Assembly: GCA_026770705.1 (NCBI GenBank)
Contig: JANJGN010000007.1
Location: 96,472,001-96,536,000, forward strand
DNA length: 64,000 nucleotides
Reading direction: 5' to 3'
Origin: Isurus oxyrinchus
Lineage: Eukaryota
Shown here: positions 61,430-64,000 of the stretch, one piece after another
Layout: every line of letters begins with the position of its first letter
Position numbering within the stretch: the stretch's first letter is position 1
The notes under the pieces: generated by a model
What the model saw: the letters and a program-made list of their open reading frames with translations, nothing else
Database searches by the model: none
What the model was told of the DNA's origin: nothing
Made by a program: the position numbers and the translations under genes

Positions 61430-63840
61430 ATTCACAGAATCATAGAGTTGTTACAACACAGAGGGTGGCCATTCAGCCCATCATGTCTATGCAGCTCTCT
61501 GAAGGAGCAATACACCTAGTGCCACTCCCCGCCTTCTCCCCATAGTCCTGCACATTCTTCCTTTTCAGATGATGATCCAGTTCCCTCTTGAATGCTTTGA
61601 CTGAACCTGCTTCTACCCCACTCACGAGCAATGCATTCCTGATCTTAACACAAGAACACAAGCTTTAAGAAGCAGTAGACCACACGGCTCATCAAGGCAG
61701 CGCGCCATTCAACACGATCATGGCTGATCTTGGGCTTCAACTCCATTTTCCCACCAGCTCTCTATAACCCTTAATTTCCCAAGAGACCAAGAAGCCTATC
61801 TATCCAGCCTTAAATGTATTCAACAATGGAGCAACCAAAACCCTCTGGGGTTGAGAATTCCGAAGATTCACAATCATTTGAGTGAAGTAATTTCTTCTCT
61901 TCTCAGTCCTAAATGATCGGCCCCTTATCCTGAGACTGTGCCCCTGTGATTTAGATTCCCCAACAAGTCCCTGTCAAACATCTTCAAACACCAATTACTG
62001 TTTACTGCATGAAAAAGTATTTATTCATGTTTCTTTTGTCTTTTTTGCTAAGTATCTTAAATCTGTTCCCCCTTGTTCTAGATATTTCCACTGATGGGAA
62101 CAGTTTCTCCCTAACTTCTCTGTTCAGACCCCACATGATTTTGAGTAGCTCTATCAAATCTCCTCTCAACCTTCTCTTCTCCAAGGAGAACAATCCCAAA
62201 TTCTCCAATCTACCTATGTAACTGAAGTTCCTCATTGCTGGAACCATTCACGTGAATCTTTGCTAAACCATCTCCAATGCCTTCACATCTTTCCTAAAGT
62301 GTGAAGATCAGGACTAAAGGCAATACTCCAGCTGAGACCTAATCAATGTTCTGCACAAGTTCAAAAAAACTTCCTTGCTTTTGTACTTTATGCCCCTATT
62401 AGTAAATCCTAGGATACTGCATGTTTATTAACTGCTCCGTCCTGCCACCCTCAATTACTTATGCACATATACACCCAGGTTCTTCTGCTCCCGCACCCCT
62501 TTTAGAATTGTGCCCTTTATTTTATACTGTCTCTCGGCGTACTTCCTACCAAACTGAATCTCTTCTCAAGTCTCTGCATTCAATTTCATCTGTCAATTGT
62601 CCACCAATTTTATCTACCTATTATGTCCTTTTGAAGCTCCAGACTATCCTCCTCACAGTTAACAATGCTTCCAAGTTTTGTATCATCTGCAAATTTTGTA
62701 ATTATGCCTTGATACATATAGGCAATTAATATATATCAGGAAAAGCAATGGCCCCAACATTGACCCCAAGGGAACTCCACTACAAACCTTCCTCCAGTCT
62801 AAAAAACATCCATTAACAACTATTCTCTGTCTCCTGTCACTCAACCAATTTCATATCCGTGTTGCTCCTGTCCTTTTTATTCCATGAGTGCTAACTTTGC
62901 TCACCAGTCTGTTACAAGGCACTTTATCAAAAGCCTTTGGTAGTCCATGTACAATTCATCAACCATTATGCTCATTAGCTTTTTTTTAATTCATTCACAG
63001 GATGTGGGCTTCGCTGGCTTGGCCAGCATTTATTACCCATCCCTAGTCGCCCTTGAGAAGGTAGTGGTGAGCTGTCTTCTTGAACCACTGCAGGTACACC
63101 CACAGTTAGGAAGGGAGTCCCAGGATTTTGACTGAGTGATAGTGAAGGAACGGCGATATATTTCCAAGACAAGATGGTAAGTGACTTGGACGGGAACTTC
63201 CAGGTGGTGGTGTTCCCATCTACCTGCTGCCCTTATCCTTTTAGGTGGTAGTGGTCGTGGGTTTGGAAGGTGCTGTCTAAGGAGCCTTGGTGAATTCATG
63301 CAGTGCCTCTGTTATCTCTGTTCTCAACAAAAAGTGCCAGCAAGTTAGTTAAACACAATTTTCCTTTAACAAATCCATACTAGCTTTCCTTTATTAACCT
63401 ATATTTTTTTCTTGTTCTTTCATGGGAGCGGCCATTGCTGGCTAGATCAACATTTATTGCCCATCCCTAATTGCCCTATAGAAGATGGTGGTGAGCCACC
63501 TTCTTGAGCTGCTGTTGGGTAGGTACACTCAGTGCTGTTAGGTCAGTCAAGGTATTTGCCCAAATGACTATTAATTTTGTCTGTAATTATTGTTTCTAGA
63601 AGCTTTCCCACCATCAAAGTTACACTGACCGGCCGATAGCTGCTGGACTTATATTTTTGATGAAAGGTGTAAGTAACATTTGCCATTCTCCAGTCCTCGG
63701 CACCATCCCTGAATCTAAGCAAGCCTGGAAAATTATGGCAAGTGCCTTCGAAATTTCCACCCTTACTTCCCTCAGTATCCTTGGATGCATTTCATCCAGT
63801 TCTAGTGCCTTATCAACTTTAAGTACAGACAGCATATCAA
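61430..63840 (-). mobile_element. Nested CR1 fragments with a LINE-B 3' end inserted at about 62980-63305
   Basis: [33 protein letters not shown] and NSPRLLRQHLPNP. Confidence 0.75.
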
Positions 63841-64000
63841 CATCCTGGAGTTACCATTGACCAGAAAATGAACTGGACTAGCCATGTAAATACTGTGGCT
63901 ACAAGAGCAGGTCAGAGGCTAGGAATCCTGTGGCAAGTAATAGCTCGCCTCCTGACTCCCCAGTGCTTGTCCAGCATCTGCAAGACACAAGTCAGGACTG

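Overview
Vertebrate genomic DNA, most likely a cartilaginous fish (shark-type CR1, L2, RTE, Penelope, DeuSINE, Harbinger and Gypsy repeats). Most of the window is decayed transposon sequence. The one complete host gene I can reconstruct is on the + strand at 17382-21072, with a further exon at 22439-22503. It is a non-rearranging Ig-superfamily receptor: leader exon, one germline-joined VJ-type exon (NKp30/NCR3-like, compact), a true C1-set exon (antigen-receptor/MHC type) and a TM exon. The TM exon has the Arg...(+17) acidic signature of FcR-gamma/CD3-zeta-coupled activating receptors. All introns are GT-AG and phase 1, giving a 258-aa protein. An in-frame TAG just after the TM removes a short cytoplasmic tail that is still visible in the next exon. 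At the left edge, a divergently oriented paralog begins (identical 55-nt leader exon at 246-192, V exon start at 36-1). It is preceded by a 26-bp-phased STAT/NF-kB/Ikaros-like motif array, so this looks like one end of a VJ(-C1) receptor cluster. Notable mobile-element findings: a Gypsy LTR element whose RT/RNaseH region is replaced by a UACA-like host coiled-coil fragment; TSD-flanked hairpin Penelope insertions whose hammerhead-like cores all deviate at one invariant position; a SCAN-bearing Gmr1-like Gypsy; and a four-level nested retroposon stack. Exon coordinates were read base by base. Most repeat boundaries are approximate. Family assignments come from recalled motifs, not from a database search.
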